Shown: positions 9,828-19,133 of the stretch, one piece after another
Layout: the number at the start of each line of letters is the position of its first letter
How positions within the stretch are numbered: position 1 is the stretch's first letter
Source of the DNA: a virus
Taxonomy: Duplodnaviria > Caudoviricetes
Direction: 5' to 3' (one strand)
Length of the DNA stretch: 58,886 nt
Virus record (IMG/VR): IMGVR_UViG_3300008116_004701
Span: 1-58,886 of that record
Position numbers and translations under genes: made by a program
Notes under the pieces: generated by a model
What the model was told of the DNA's origin: nothing
Databases searched by the model: none
What the model saw: the letters and a program-made list of their open reading frames with translations, nothing else

Positions 9828-11012
9828 ATGACTAAAGCAGAATCGCTTAGTAAAGTTAGTAAAGAATTGATGTTGAAGGAGCCGTTTTACGGCTTTTTCC
9901 TTTTAATGCTAAACAAAGTATGGGACTCTAAACGTGTACCAACTGCATGTGTAAGCAAAAACAACATCAATTACCAACTTACTATTAATCCTGAGTTTTG
10001 GGAAAGTCTTGTAGACAAACACCAAATGGGATTACTTAAACACGAGCTCTTGCATATTGCATTTAACCATCTTACTAGTACGTTCCCGTTTAGTGATAAG
10101 AAGCTGGCTAATATTGCATTTGACTTAGAGATTAATCAATTTATTGACCCAACATGGTTACCTGAAGGAGGCTTAACACTAGATACTTATCCAGAGTTAA
10201 ACTTAGAAGCTAAACAGGGTAGTAGATATTATTATTCTAAGTTGCTTGCAGCAAAGCAAGAGAAAGAGAAAAAAGGCACATCAGGTTGTCCTAATTTTGA
10301 CAAACATTGTGACCAAATGGATAATGGAGAAGATCCTGCAAACCATGGCACTTGGGAAGAATTTGAGGATTTACCAGAAGCAGAAAGAAAGCTTATTGAA
10401 AAGCAAGTACAACGTATACTCGGCGAAGTAAAAGAGCAAACAGAAAAGCGCCAAGGAAATGTTCCTGGTGAGATGGTAAGCAAGATTCTTATCGAAGTAA
10501 TTGAGAAAGCCAAATTTAATTGGCGTGAGTATGTTCGTAGATTTGCTGGCAACAGTACTAAAATCTATACTAAAAAAGTACGACGCAAAGAGAATAGAAG
10601 GTTTTCTGATAATCCTGGATTAAAGATCAAAATGCGTCAACACATGTTGTTGGCTATTGATACATCAGGATCTGTAAGTGACGCAGAGCTAAAAGAATTT
10701 ATGAATGAGATATTTCATATTTACAAGCAAGGCGTAGACGTCACTATTGTACAATGTGATACGCAAATCACAAGCATTAAACCTTATAAAGGTACTTTAG
10801 ATTTAGAAGTAGGTGGAAGAGGAGGAACAGATTTTGATCCTGTATTAGAATACTTCAATGAAAATCTTAAAAAATATACTAGCCTAGTATATTTTACCGA
10901 CGGCGAATGCAGTACTGACGTTAAGCCGCGTGGACCCATTTTATGGGTGTTATCAGAAAGGTCGTATGACAACGAAAACCTTCCTGGAAAAGTAATCAAG
11001 TTAGAACTTTAA
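9828..11012 (+). CDS. HExxH metallopeptidase-like domain plus vWA domain (DUF2201-like)
   Basis: HELLH, NIAFDLEINQ, MIDAS DTSGS, GRGGTDF, FTDG. Confidence 0.9.
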   Translation: MTKAESLSKVSKELMLKEPFYGFFLLMLNKVWDSKRVPTACVSKNNINYQLTINPEFWESLVDKHQMGLLKHELLHIAFNHLTSTFPFSDKKLANIAFDLEINQFIDPTWLPEGGLTLDTYPELNLEAKQGSRYYYSKLLAAKQEKEKKGTSGCPNFDKHCDQMDNGEDPANHGTWEEFEDLPEAERKLIEKQVQRILGEVKEQTEKRQGNVPGEMVSKILIEVIEKAKFNWREYVRRFAGNSTKIYTKKVRRKENRRFSDNPGLKIKMRQHMLLAIDTSGSVSDAELKEFMNEIFHIYKQGVDVTIVQCDTQITSIKPYKGTLDLEVGGRGGTDFDPVLEYFNENLKKYTSLVYFTDGECSTDVKPRGPILWVLSERSYDNENLPGKVIKLEL

Positions 11013-11022
11013 AAATTAACAC

Positions 11023-12192
11023 ATGAATCAAGTAAAATTAAATGTTGAAGAGTTAAAAGGCTTTATTAAGCATATGATTGTAAACAATCAAACTATACAA
11101 GCACAAGGTAAAGTACCTGTTGCAGTTAACATTGAAGGTGATGCGGGTCTCGGTAAAACTTCTGCTATTATGCAATTAGGTCAAGAGATTGGTAAACAGG
11201 TAGTAAAACTAAACTTAGCACAGCTAGAAGAGTTAGGTGACCTTGTTGGTTTTCCTGTAAAAGAATATCAAGTAAAAAATGCAGAAGGTAAAACTTTATG
11301 GATTACTGAGCAAGAAATTGAAATGGCAGGTACTAAAGGTTATCGTGTTGTAGACAAGAGAATGTCTCATGCTGCTCCTGAATGGATCCAAGGTAAAGGC
11401 GAGGGCGGTATTTTGATTTTAGATGATTATACTCGTGCTGACCAACGTTTTACTCAAGCAACTATGGAATTGCTAGATCGCCAAGAGTATGTGTCTTGGA
11501 AGCTTCCTAAAGATTGGCACATTATCTTAACTACTAATCCAGATAACGGCGATTATAATGTTACTAGCTTGGATGTTGCGCAAAAGACTCGTTTCATTTC
11601 TGTAGAGCTTAAATTTGATGTAGAGGTATGGGCTAAGTGGGCAGAGACTGCAGGTATTGATGGTCGTTGTATTAACTTTTTGTTGATGCACCCTGAAAGT
11701 ATCACGCAGAGAATCAATCCTCGTTCTGTGACTACATTCTTTAATGCTATTACATCTATTGAAGACTTTGATAGCAACTTGCCTTTGATTCAAATGATCG
11801 GCGAGGGCTCAGTAGGGCCAGAGTTTGCTGGTTTGTTTACTATGTTTATTAATAACAAGTTAGATAGAATTATCAGCCCTAAAGATATCTTAGAGAAAGA
11901 TACTCAGTATGTGTTGAATACTCTTACGCATGTTATTGGCAAAGATGATGAATATCGTGCTGACATTGCTAGTGTATTAGCTACTCGTCTAGTAAATTAT
12001 TCATTGAACTTTAGCACTAAGCATTCTGTACCACAAGAAATGGTAGACAGATTGGTAGTACTAAGCACAGAATCTAATGTGTTTACAGAGGATTTAAAGT
12101 ATCGCTTAGTTAAGGATATTATCAACGGCAACAAAGTGAAGTTTGCTAAATTAATTATGAACCAAGAAGTCATGAAAATGGCTATAAACTAA
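11023..12192 (+). CDS. MoxR-like AAA+ ATPase
   Basis: GDAGLGKT, GDLVGFP, Walker B LILDDYTRA, TTNP, LDVAQKTRF, NPRS. Confidence 0.88.
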   Translation: MNQVKLNVEELKGFIKHMIVNNQTIQAQGKVPVAVNIEGDAGLGKTSAIMQLGQEIGKQVVKLNLAQLEELGDLVGFPVKEYQVKNAEGKTLWITEQEIEMAGTKGYRVVDKRMSHAAPEWIQGKGEGGILILDDYTRADQRFTQATMELLDRQEYVSWKLPKDWHIILTTNPDNGDYNVTSLDVAQKTRFISVELKFDVEVWAKWAETAGIDGRCINFLLMHPESITQRINPRSVTTFFNAITSIEDFDSNLPLIQMIGEGSVGPEFAGLFTMFINNKLDRIISPKDILEKDTQYVLNTLTHVIGKDDEYRADIASVLATRLVNYSLNFSTKHSVPQEMVDRLVVLSTESNVFTEDLKYRLVKDIINGNKVKFAKLIMNQEVMKMAIN

Positions 12193-12197
12193 GAATC

Positions 12198-13409
12198 ATG
12201 AGCAATAAAATATTTTATAAGTCTTTGTATATTACCAATTTAGAGACGGATTATAAAGGCGACATTTTATCTATAGATATTGAGCCTATTGGTGTAGTAC
12301 ATGAAAATGCTATGAAGTCCATTCCTTACACTACTTATACACAAGTACCGTATGAAAAGTATTTTCTAATGCCAGGTACAGTAGTGCCTAGGGTTAAGCT
12401 ACAAAATTTATCTGTAGATGCAGGAATTAAGATAGTACGCTCACCTGAAGATGCTGATAAAGTATTTATCGGCAAAAACAGTTTTAGTAAAATGTCCAAA
12501 TCTGGACATGCATATGCTGTTGAAAAAGCTTTAGTCGAGGCTTATGTCAATGCTACAAATTTAACTACAGACGGTTACATTATTGATAGATTAAAGATAG
12601 CATTGCTTAATGCTGAACACGATTATTTAGCTATGGATTACAATGCTAAAAATTTTTTCATTGGTAATGTAACTAATAAGCAACAAGTACTACTTCGCAA
12701 TCTTCACGATAAGTCACCTAATAGACTAAGATCTAGCAATTTTAGCTATGAGCATCATCTTATTGAAAGTGAATATTGTGAAATGTTGGATAAAGCTTTA
12801 AATAGTTCTACGCTACAGCTTTGCAACGAACAAGATTTATTAGAAAATCTAAATGGCGATGATGCTTTAGTAATTACTCAAACAGAATTTAATCAGTTGT
12901 CTGAAATGTTTAAGAGTTCTGATAAAGATAATCACGTACTTGCTATGGAGATTATGGCGAATTCTAATTATCCGCAAAGTATCTTTTACTTACTAAGATT
13001 GTTTAAAGATTTTTCTGATAAAATGGCTAATCAAAAGTCTAGAAATCATGTTAATTTTAAAAGTTTAGTAAGTTATTTATCTATAGGCAGTGCAACTTAT
13101 AATTGGGATTTGATAGCTAACAAAATGCTAGAAATTATTAAAGATAAAGGTTTGTTAACTCTACAAATGATTGAAGAAACTTTTGTTGCATATGAATATG
13201 AGATACGACAGTACTCTGTTCAAGAAGTATCAGTGATTCAGATTAAATCTTATACTTTACATCCTGATTACGCAGCATTTCTTAACGTAAATTATGTAAA
13301 TACTGTTAAAAAAGATTTCATTCCTGTAGAAACAGTAGAGGTTCCTGAAGAGCCTCAAGTATTATCCGACGTAGTACCTGATAAAACAGCAACTATTAGT
13401 TGGAATTAA
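12198..13409 (+). CDS. Hypothetical protein, third gene of the vWA-MoxR unit
   Basis: 403 aa directly downstream of the ATPase; short BRCT-like segment (IKIVRSPEDADKVFIG) is tentative. Confidence 0.75.
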   Translation: MSNKIFYKSLYITNLETDYKGDILSIDIEPIGVVHENAMKSIPYTTYTQVPYEKYFLMPGTVVPRVKLQNLSVDAGIKIVRSPEDADKVFIGKNSFSKMSKSGHAYAVEKALVEAYVNATNLTTDGYIIDRLKIALLNAEHDYLAMDYNAKNFFIGNVTNKQQVLLRNLHDKSPNRLRSSNFSYEHHLIESEYCEMLDKALNSSTLQLCNEQDLLENLNGDDALVITQTEFNQLSEMFKSSDKDNHVLAMEIMANSNYPQSIFYLLRLFKDFSDKMANQKSRNHVNFKSLVSYLSIGSATYNWDLIANKMLEIIKDKGLLTLQMIEETFVAYEYEIRQYSVQEVSVIQIKSYTLHPDYAAFLNVNYVNTVKKDFIPVETVEVPEEPQVLSDVVPDKTATISWN

Positions 13410-13418
13410 ATTAGAGAT

Positions 13419-13913
13419 ATGGTAAGCGGAATTAAATTAGAATTTCCAGAGTTTATCACGCATATTCCTCAGAATAAAAAACTATGGGTCAAAATTGGTT
13501 ATAATAAGATTCATGCAAGTGCACATTTTTCCACGCGGGCGGCTTTAGTAGCCGCCATGCATGGATATATTGAAAAGCATATTCCACCAAATCTTACTAT
13601 CCAAGGACCTGTAGAAACTAAATTGATTGTATATGCGCCTATAAATTTTGGCAGCGTAAAAATGGTACTCAGCAGACAAACAGGTAAAAGACAAATTACT
13701 TGGAAACCTCCATTGGCTACATATAAGCCAAACTGGGATATTGGAAATCTGGCTTTAGTGTGGTTAAAATCATTAGACGATGTGTTGATTAAAAAGGGAA
13801 TACTACCCGACGATACTATTGAGTACATACAACGCACAAGTTATGAATTTAGACCTGTAAAAGATTTCAAAGACAGAAAATTAGTATACGAACTAAAAAC
13901 AATTAAACGATGA
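13419..13913 (+). CDS. RusA-like Holliday junction resolvase
   Basis: WDIGNL...KSLDDVL...GILPDD matches the RusA D..N..K...D......DD pattern. Confidence 0.7.
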   Translation: MVSGIKLEFPEFITHIPQNKKLWVKIGYNKIHASAHFSTRAALVAAMHGYIEKHIPPNLTIQGPVETKLIVYAPINFGSVKMVLSRQTGKRQITWKPPLATYKPNWDIGNLALVWLKSLDDVLIKKGILPDDTIEYIQRTSYEFRPVKDFKDRKLVYELKTIKR

Positions 13914-14929
13914 GCGTGGATTATAGAGACATTCCCGCATTAAATCAAAGTTCCTTAAAGAAAATATTGACCCATCCTCAAGACTACCTCAATGCGATCA
14001 AACGCAATGAGGAGTCTAAAGAGGATCATTTTATCTTTGGCACACTAGTAGATTTAATGTTGACAGGAACAAAAGAAGAATTCGATAACAAGTTTTATGT
14101 TATCAAACAAGACATTAGTGTCACTGATGCAGTAAAAACTATTGTAGATGGTGTTATAGAAGAAATACGCAACCTTGGTGTAGATTTATCATTGTGGACT
14201 AATGAGCGTGATGTAATTCTAAAGCATGTGAAATATCAAAACTACCAGGGTAACTGGAAAGATGATACCAGAATCGATGCTATTATCAAAGCTGCTCAAG
14301 GATATGTAAAATTATTGGAAACTGCAGGTAACCGCACAATGATTACAGACATTACGTATTCTAAAGCAGTAAACGCTGTAGCAGGATTACGTTCTGATAA
14401 GTTTACTCAAGAGTTTTCAATGCCTGCAAAGAAATATCCTGAACATATTCAAGTAATTGATAAATTTATTGTAAGTTTTAAACATAGAGACTTTAACATT
14501 AAAGGAGAATTAGACAGAGTTATCATTAATCATCAAACTCAAAAGATTAAACCTCTTGATTTTAAGACTACAAGTAAACCAATTATGAACTTTATGAGTG
14601 AGTTTTGGAAATTAAGGTATGATTTTCAAGCAGCAACATACTCTTTAGGACTGGTATCCCATCCAGAAATCAAAGAGTTGCTTGAAAAAGGTTATACTAT
14701 GGAGCCGTTTAGATTTATAGTAGCTCACTCCGAGTCTATTACTGCTCCTATGGTATTTACAGTGCCAATGAAAGTAATTACTATTGGTACCTATGGTGGC
14801 GAAACTTCAGTAAGATATTATGAAGGCCTTGAACAGGCTTTACAACGTTACGAATTTGCTACAACTAACAATCTTTGGGACCATCCTAAAGAATATTATG
14901 AAAAAGGATCGATTGATATAGAGCTATGA
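13910..14929 (+). CDS. PD-(D/E)xK exonuclease (RecE/DUF3799-like)
   Basis: LNQSSLK, FGTLVD, KGELDRV, LDFKTT, YDFQAATY. Confidence 0.85.
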   Translation: MSVDYRDIPALNQSSLKKILTHPQDYLNAIKRNEESKEDHFIFGTLVDLMLTGTKEEFDNKFYVIKQDISVTDAVKTIVDGVIEEIRNLGVDLSLWTNERDVILKHVKYQNYQGNWKDDTRIDAIIKAAQGYVKLLETAGNRTMITDITYSKAVNAVAGLRSDKFTQEFSMPAKKYPEHIQVIDKFIVSFKHRDFNIKGELDRVIINHQTQKIKPLDFKTTSKPIMNFMSEFWKLRYDFQAATYSLGLVSHPEIKELLEKGYTMEPFRFIVAHSESITAPMVFTVPMKVITIGTYGGETSVRYYEGLEQALQRYEFATTNNLWDHPKEYYEKGSIDIEL

Positions 14930-15543
14930 CGACAATGAAATTCACAAAAACCGCAACTTTTCTTTTCCCATTAACGACCATTCCTAAAAGTTTGTTCGAA
15001 TGTAACATCAGAGATGTATTTGGGAGAACTAAGTTTACTACAAGATTTGTTAATGCTTTTTCTTCTAGTACTTGTATTAACAAGTATCAAGGAGAATTAG
15101 GCTTAATATTTATTGTAACTAAACAATATCAAGATGTGGGTTTTGAGGCTTTCTATACAACGATAACTTCTTTCCCTAATTACGTAGATGATTATGATGA
15201 TTCAGGATATTTAGTATTTATTTTTAAAATACTTGAAGAGCATCAAAAAGATTATGAATTAATACTTAACGGGAAATATTCTAAAATTTCTCAACAAAGT
15301 AAAAAATTAATCCTAGGAAACAACTTTTTTACAGGAAAAGCCTTTACTTTGCCATTAATCTTAAACAAATCTGAAGCATTAAAAACAAGTTGGGAAGATC
15401 GGCTTAGTACTCCAACGTCTCCTGCATTTTTAGGTGACCAAGAAGTTTGGCCAATAATTGACTCAGTAGAAGAAGTCTTGACACCTGCTGTAATGAAAAA
15501 CATTGCAGTAACATCAAAATTAACACCATCGGGGGAGTTTTAA
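14926..15543 (+). CDS. Hypothetical protein
   Basis: 205 aa, ATGA-coupled to the previous gene. Confidence 0.75.
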   Translation: MTTMKFTKTATFLFPLTTIPKSLFECNIRDVFGRTKFTTRFVNAFSSSTCINKYQGELGLIFIVTKQYQDVGFEAFYTTITSFPNYVDDYDDSGYLVFIFKILEEHQKDYELILNGKYSKISQQSKKLILGNNFFTGKAFTLPLILNKSEALKTSWEDRLSTPTSPAFLGDQEVWPIIDSVEEVLTPAVMKNIAVTSKLTPSGEF

Positions 15544-15551
15544 GCTCCCCC
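15531..15551 (+). terminator. GC-rich hairpin over the stop codon
   Basis: GGGGGAG...CTCCCCC; U-tract weak. Confidence 0.45.
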
Positions 15552-15585
15552 TATATGGGCTTCTACAATCTTTTATAAAGATGTT

Positions 15586-15650
15586 AGAGAGGGAGGATTT
15601 AAATTGTTAAACTAAGATTTCAAATTAAATCAGGAGCCTCCCTCTCTTTT
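15586..15650 (+). repeat. 11-bp perfect inverted repeat with 40-nt spacer and T-tract
   Basis: AGAGAGGGAGG (15586-15596) pairs with CCTCCCTCTCT (15637-15647). Confidence 0.75.
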
Positions 15651-15719
15651 ATGTATATAAAACGCTATTTTCTATACATGAGCTTGTTAATATGTATAAA
15701 AACTTAAAAAACATTAACT

Positions 15720-15833
15720 ATGAACTGGAGACAAAGAGAAAAAGAGAAATACTCTTATTATGTTACTGGTGTAACATTATCAGTAATCTTAATTGGGCTA
15801 ATTAGTCTTATTATTAATAACTTATTTTTTTAA
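15720..15833 (+). CDS. Small membrane peptide, 37 aa (not in ORF track)
   Basis: MNWRQREKEKYSYYVTGVTLSVILIGLISLIINNLFF. Confidence 0.55.
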   Translation: MNWRQREKEKYSYYVTGVTLSVILIGLISLIINNLFF

Positions 15834-15846
15834 ACAAAAAACAATA

Positions 15847-16044
15847 ATGGAAAAAACATTAGCAGAAACAATAAAAATTAACACAGCACAACCTACATGG
15901 AAGATCGTGTTTAAATCTGATGGAAAAGAAAGTTTAATTGATTTTCCTAATGAAGATTGGCATATTATAGCTAAAGTACTACATGAAATTCTTCTATCAC
16001 ATGGTGTTAAAAGTGTATTAACTGTACAAAATAAAATAGAATGA
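15847..16044 (+). CDS. Hypothetical protein
   Basis: 65 aa with an A-rich leader. Confidence 0.6.
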   Translation: MEKTLAETIKINTAQPTWKIVFKSDGKESLIDFPNEDWHIIAKVLHEILLSHGVKSVLTVQNKIE

Positions 16045-16292
16045 TACTATCAATAACAGCGCTTATAGCAAGTATACTAGCATTAGTTTATCAGGTATAT
16101 ACTAATCGTGAAGAAAACAAACGATGGGATGAATATTTTGAAAATCAGAAAAAACAAAGACAAAAGGAAGCCCCTATAAAGATGATGTCAGATGATGCTG
16201 AAGACAACCTATATCAAGAAGGTGAAATGATAATTGAACATAAAGGAGATAGGGAAACATATATAACTTTTAAACAAAATGATAAAGAATAA
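16041..16292 (+). CDS. Hypothetical membrane-anchored protein
   Basis: N-terminal TM helix; ATGA overlap. Confidence 0.65.
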   Translation: MILSITALIASILALVYQVYTNREENKRWDEYFENQKKQRQKEAPIKMMSDDAEDNLYQEGEMIIEHKGDRETYITFKQNDKE

Positions 16293-16331
16293 GGGGTAAT
16301 TTTTACCACATAACTAAACACGAAATGTAAC

Positions 16332-16349
16332 CTAAACAACAAGAACAAT
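16332..16349 (+). repeat. 18-bp dispersed repeat, copy 2
   Basis: Identical to 980-997; runs into the ATG at 16348. Confidence 0.8.
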
Positions 16350-16737
16350 GAAGCAATTAGTTTATAATTCTGTTACATGCCTTGAGTGTAATGAAACAAT
16401 AGTAAGTTATCATAGACATGATTATGTAACATGTTCTTGTCCAAATGAAGCAATGGTTGATGGAGGTACAGCTTATCTTAGATATGGTGCAAAAAACATG
16501 AGCAAAATCAAAATCTTTGCAGTATACACAGATGATGATTTTGAACTTGTTAGAAAGTATGCTACTAGAGGCAGTAGAGGTAAAGATGGAAAAGATCCAT
16601 TATCTTGGATTGCAATATGCGATATGGATGATGATCACTTAGAAGCTGTACTTGATTATGGTGGTGCAGATTGGCACCTTGATTTGATTCGCAAAGAGAT
16701 TAAATATAGAGAGCATGAACGAAGTAGTAAAGTTTAA
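16348..16737 (+). CDS. Zn-finger-like phage protein
   Basis: CLEC..I.SYHRHDYVTCSC...VDGG..YLR. Confidence 0.75.
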   Translation: MKQLVYNSVTCLECNETIVSYHRHDYVTCSCPNEAMVDGGTAYLRYGAKNMSKIKIFAVYTDDDFELVRKYATRGSRGKDGKDPLSWIAICDMDDDHLEAVLDYGGADWHLDLIRKEIKYREHERSSKV

Positions 16738-17077
16738 AGAGAGACTCAAAAAGATTGGCTATGAGATTGAATTAGAGGGTAACGCCCCTTGGATATACCT
16801 CAAGTCAGTTAATGGAAACAAGGTAAAAAAAGTGGATTGGATAAACGCAAACCACGGGTATACTTTTGCTTGGTTTCCTAAAACAAATGATGATGACTTT
16901 ACACTTAATTGGATCGACATGAAGTTAACTTTTAAGTTAATCAGGAAGTACGGTAAGCCAATACACAAATACAACAATGGTAATGGCGCAACGCTATGCC
17001 ATGACTGCGGAGTAATTATATCTGAGGGATTAACTAAAGATATGAAGTGTGAAAAATGTCTAATATTTTATCCATAA
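16715..17077 (+). CDS. Hypothetical protein with C-terminal CxxC...CxxC Zn ribbon
   Basis: KPIHKYNNGNGATLCHDC...CEKC. Confidence 0.7.
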   Translation: MNEVVKFKERLKKIGYEIELEGNAPWIYLKSVNGNKVKKVDWINANHGYTFAWFPKTNDDDFTLNWIDMKLTFKLIRKYGKPIHKYNNGNGATLCHDCGVIISEGLTKDMKCEKCLIFYP

Positions 17078-17122
17078 TCGGGTGAAAACCAATTAAGTAT
17101 GGTGAAAAACACATAATTTAAT

Positions 17123-17332
17123 ATGAATCAGAAGAAATTTGAAAAGCTATACGAACCTAAGCAAAAAAAGATATTACTTCTAATACCTTTCTTACAAGAA
17201 AAGCCAAGACCTTTAATGTCAATTGCCAACTTGTTAAGCGTTCATCCTAAGTGGGCATCCTCTTACATTAGGGACTTACGTAAATTAGAAGTAGAAGTAA
17301 AGAAAGACGAATATAAAAAATACTACATATGA
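17123..17332 (+). CDS. Small winged-HTH-like protein
   Basis: LMSIANLLSVHPKWASSYIRDL followed by a beta hairpin. Confidence 0.55.
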   Translation: MNQKKFEKLYEPKQKKILLLIPFLQEKPRPLMSIANLLSVHPKWASSYIRDLRKLEVEVKKDEYKKYYI

Positions 17333-17562
17333 AAGCAACACTACACTTTGAACACGAGGAGCAAGATGAATTGATGGATGCCATCAATGGTTTTAAATGG
17401 AGACTTATAGTTTGGGAGCTTGACCAAGACCTACGAGGTATAGTCAAGCACGGATACATCGGCAACCGAGAGGCTACTGACGCAGAGATTGCAATGGCTG
17501 ACTACTGCCGAACAAAACTTAGACGATTAGTTAGTGATGATGGATTAAATTTAGAAGCATGA
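17329..17562 (+). CDS. Hypothetical phage protein
   Basis: MKATLHF...AING.KW...WELDQ.LR. Confidence 0.7.
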   Translation: MKATLHFEHEEQDELMDAINGFKWRLIVWELDQDLRGIVKHGYIGNREATDAEIAMADYCRTKLRRLVSDDGLNLEA

Positions 17563-17666
17563 AAAATAAAAACAGAGATATTCAAGAACTAAGTGCTTAT
17601 GGTACTATGATAATAGTAAGTATACTGGCTATTATTTTAATTTTTGCATTTATTTTTAGATTCTAA
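17559..17666 (+). CDS. Small membrane peptide, 35 aa (not in ORF track)
   Basis: ATGA overlap upstream and TAATG overlap downstream; MKNKNRDIQELSAYGTMIIVSILAIILIFAFIFRF. Confidence 0.65.
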   Translation: MKNKNRDIQELSAYGTMIIVSILAIILIFAFIFRF

Positions 17667-18352
17667 TGCAACGAAATAAAGCTTATTGGGTAGATAAATT
17701 AGGTGAAGATTGGACAATAGCCCTAAAAGATATCTTAAAAAGTCCGTACATGGAAAGACTTTTAAACTTTTTGGCAATGGAAGCAGCTTTTAAGAGCATA
17801 TATCCTAGCAGCAAAGATGTTTTTAAGCATTTTAAAGAAGTTAGTCTTGCAGATGTGAGATTAATAATCAGTTACACGGAACCAGGAATAGATTCAAGTA
17901 TCTTTCCTATGGACCGCAGTGATGAGTATATAGACTCTTATCATCATGCTAATTACATGAAAATTTCTGAATGTATAAGTCGTGAGTACCCAGACAACGG
18001 TGTGTTTACTTTTGATCATTTTCCCGAAGAGTGGATAAGCCAGGGAGTATTATTGCTTCCAAGGGCTTTTACTGTTCCTACACAACAAGCTGGTGCACAT
18101 CTGGTGCAGTGGCGTAGATTTTACGAGGCAGTTTTACAAGCAGTAGTTAGGGAAAAGCCAGGAGTAATCTGGTTTTTGTGGGGAGATGAAGCTAAGAAAT
18201 ATTCCAATAGTCTACCTAATCAACATGTCTACAGCTGGGAGTGTCCTAGCAAAGCTGTTAAAGAAAACAGAGATTGGCATTGTCCAAATTTTAAACAAGC
18301 AAATAAACTTATAAGTAAATTAAATGGAGATAATTTTCAAATTACCTGGTAG
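17666..18352 (+). CDS. Family-1 uracil-DNA glycosylase-fold protein with substituted active site
   Basis: Scaffold kept (IYP..KDVF..F, W..QGVLLL, W..F, FLWG..A, C..F..AN). GQDPY is YTEPG, LLLN is LLLP, HPSPLS is CPSKAV. Confidence 0.85.
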   Translation: MQRNKAYWVDKLGEDWTIALKDILKSPYMERLLNFLAMEAAFKSIYPSSKDVFKHFKEVSLADVRLIISYTEPGIDSSIFPMDRSDEYIDSYHHANYMKISECISREYPDNGVFTFDHFPEEWISQGVLLLPRAFTVPTQQAGAHLVQWRRFYEAVLQAVVREKPGVIWFLWGDEAKKYSNSLPNQHVYSWECPSKAVKENRDWHCPNFKQANKLISKLNGDNFQITW

Positions 18353-18719
18353 GTTTAATAGTCCTAGATGTAAATCAGAGTTTACTCAAGATGATTTAGA
18401 TGGTATTTATGACGATTTTATCGCAGGTATGATTCAAGTAGATTTATATCAAAAGCATGCTATTAATAGATCAATTTTAGAATATTTAGTAACTAATTAT
18501 TATATTAAAGGTTCTAGTGCATTTGCAGCAGCTTATACTAAATTTACTATAGGAATTTTAGGACATAAAGATTCTGCCTATTTTACAGAAAAAGAAATGT
18601 TAAATCCCAAAGAATATACTTGGGAAAGTTTATCAAAAAAAGAAAGATTATTTTATGAAAAATACACAAGAAAACTCGAAAGAGAGCGATACTACACTAG
18701 ATATCGTAGCAATGGTTAA
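18324..18719 (+). CDS. Hypothetical protein
   Basis: 131 aa overlapping both neighbours. Confidence 0.65.
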   Translation: MEIIFKLPGRFNSPRCKSEFTQDDLDGIYDDFIAGMIQVDLYQKHAINRSILEYLVTNYYIKGSSAFAAAYTKFTIGILGHKDSAYFTEKEMLNPKEYTWESLSKKERLFYEKYTRKLERERYYTRYRSNG

Positions 18720-19131
18720 AGATTGGAGTTCTGTATTTGGTGCGCCAATAAAAGAAACAGAAGGATTTCCTGATGTAGATCGAATGAGATTAGCAATGGA
18801 TCTTATTGATGAAGAGTTTATGGAGACTGTACAAGCTATTGATCATAAAAACTTTGTAGAAGTTAAAGACGGCTTAGGTGATTTATTGTGGGTAGTAGTA
18901 CGTGCTATGATGGAATTCGGAGTAGATCCAGAAACTACTATTAGAGAAATTTATCGATCTAATATGTCAAAAGCAGATTATACTGAAAAAGATGCATTAA
19001 AGACAAGAGATAAATATAAAGAACAAGGTATTGATACTTACATGCGCATTCGCAAAGATATTTATATAACTTATAATGCAGAAACTGGTAAAATACTAAA
19101 AAGTCATAACTTTATAGCACCAAAGCTTTAA
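18655..19131 (+). CDS. All-alpha NTP pyrophosphatase (MazG/PRA-PH-like)
   Basis: LIDEEFME...EVKDGLGDLLWV...EIYRSNMSK...GKILK. Confidence 0.85.
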   Translation: MKNTQENSKESDTTLDIVAMVKDWSSVFGAPIKETEGFPDVDRMRLAMDLIDEEFMETVQAIDHKNFVEVKDGLGDLLWVVVRAMMEFGVDPETTIREIYRSNMSKADYTEKDALKTRDKYKEQGIDTYMRIRKDIYITYNAETGKILKSHNFIAPKL

Positions 19132-19133
19132 TA

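Noticed and set aside
13910-14929. Cas4 or CRISPR-associated nuclease
   Set aside because: No Fe-S cysteine cluster and no array; it fits a recombination exonuclease.
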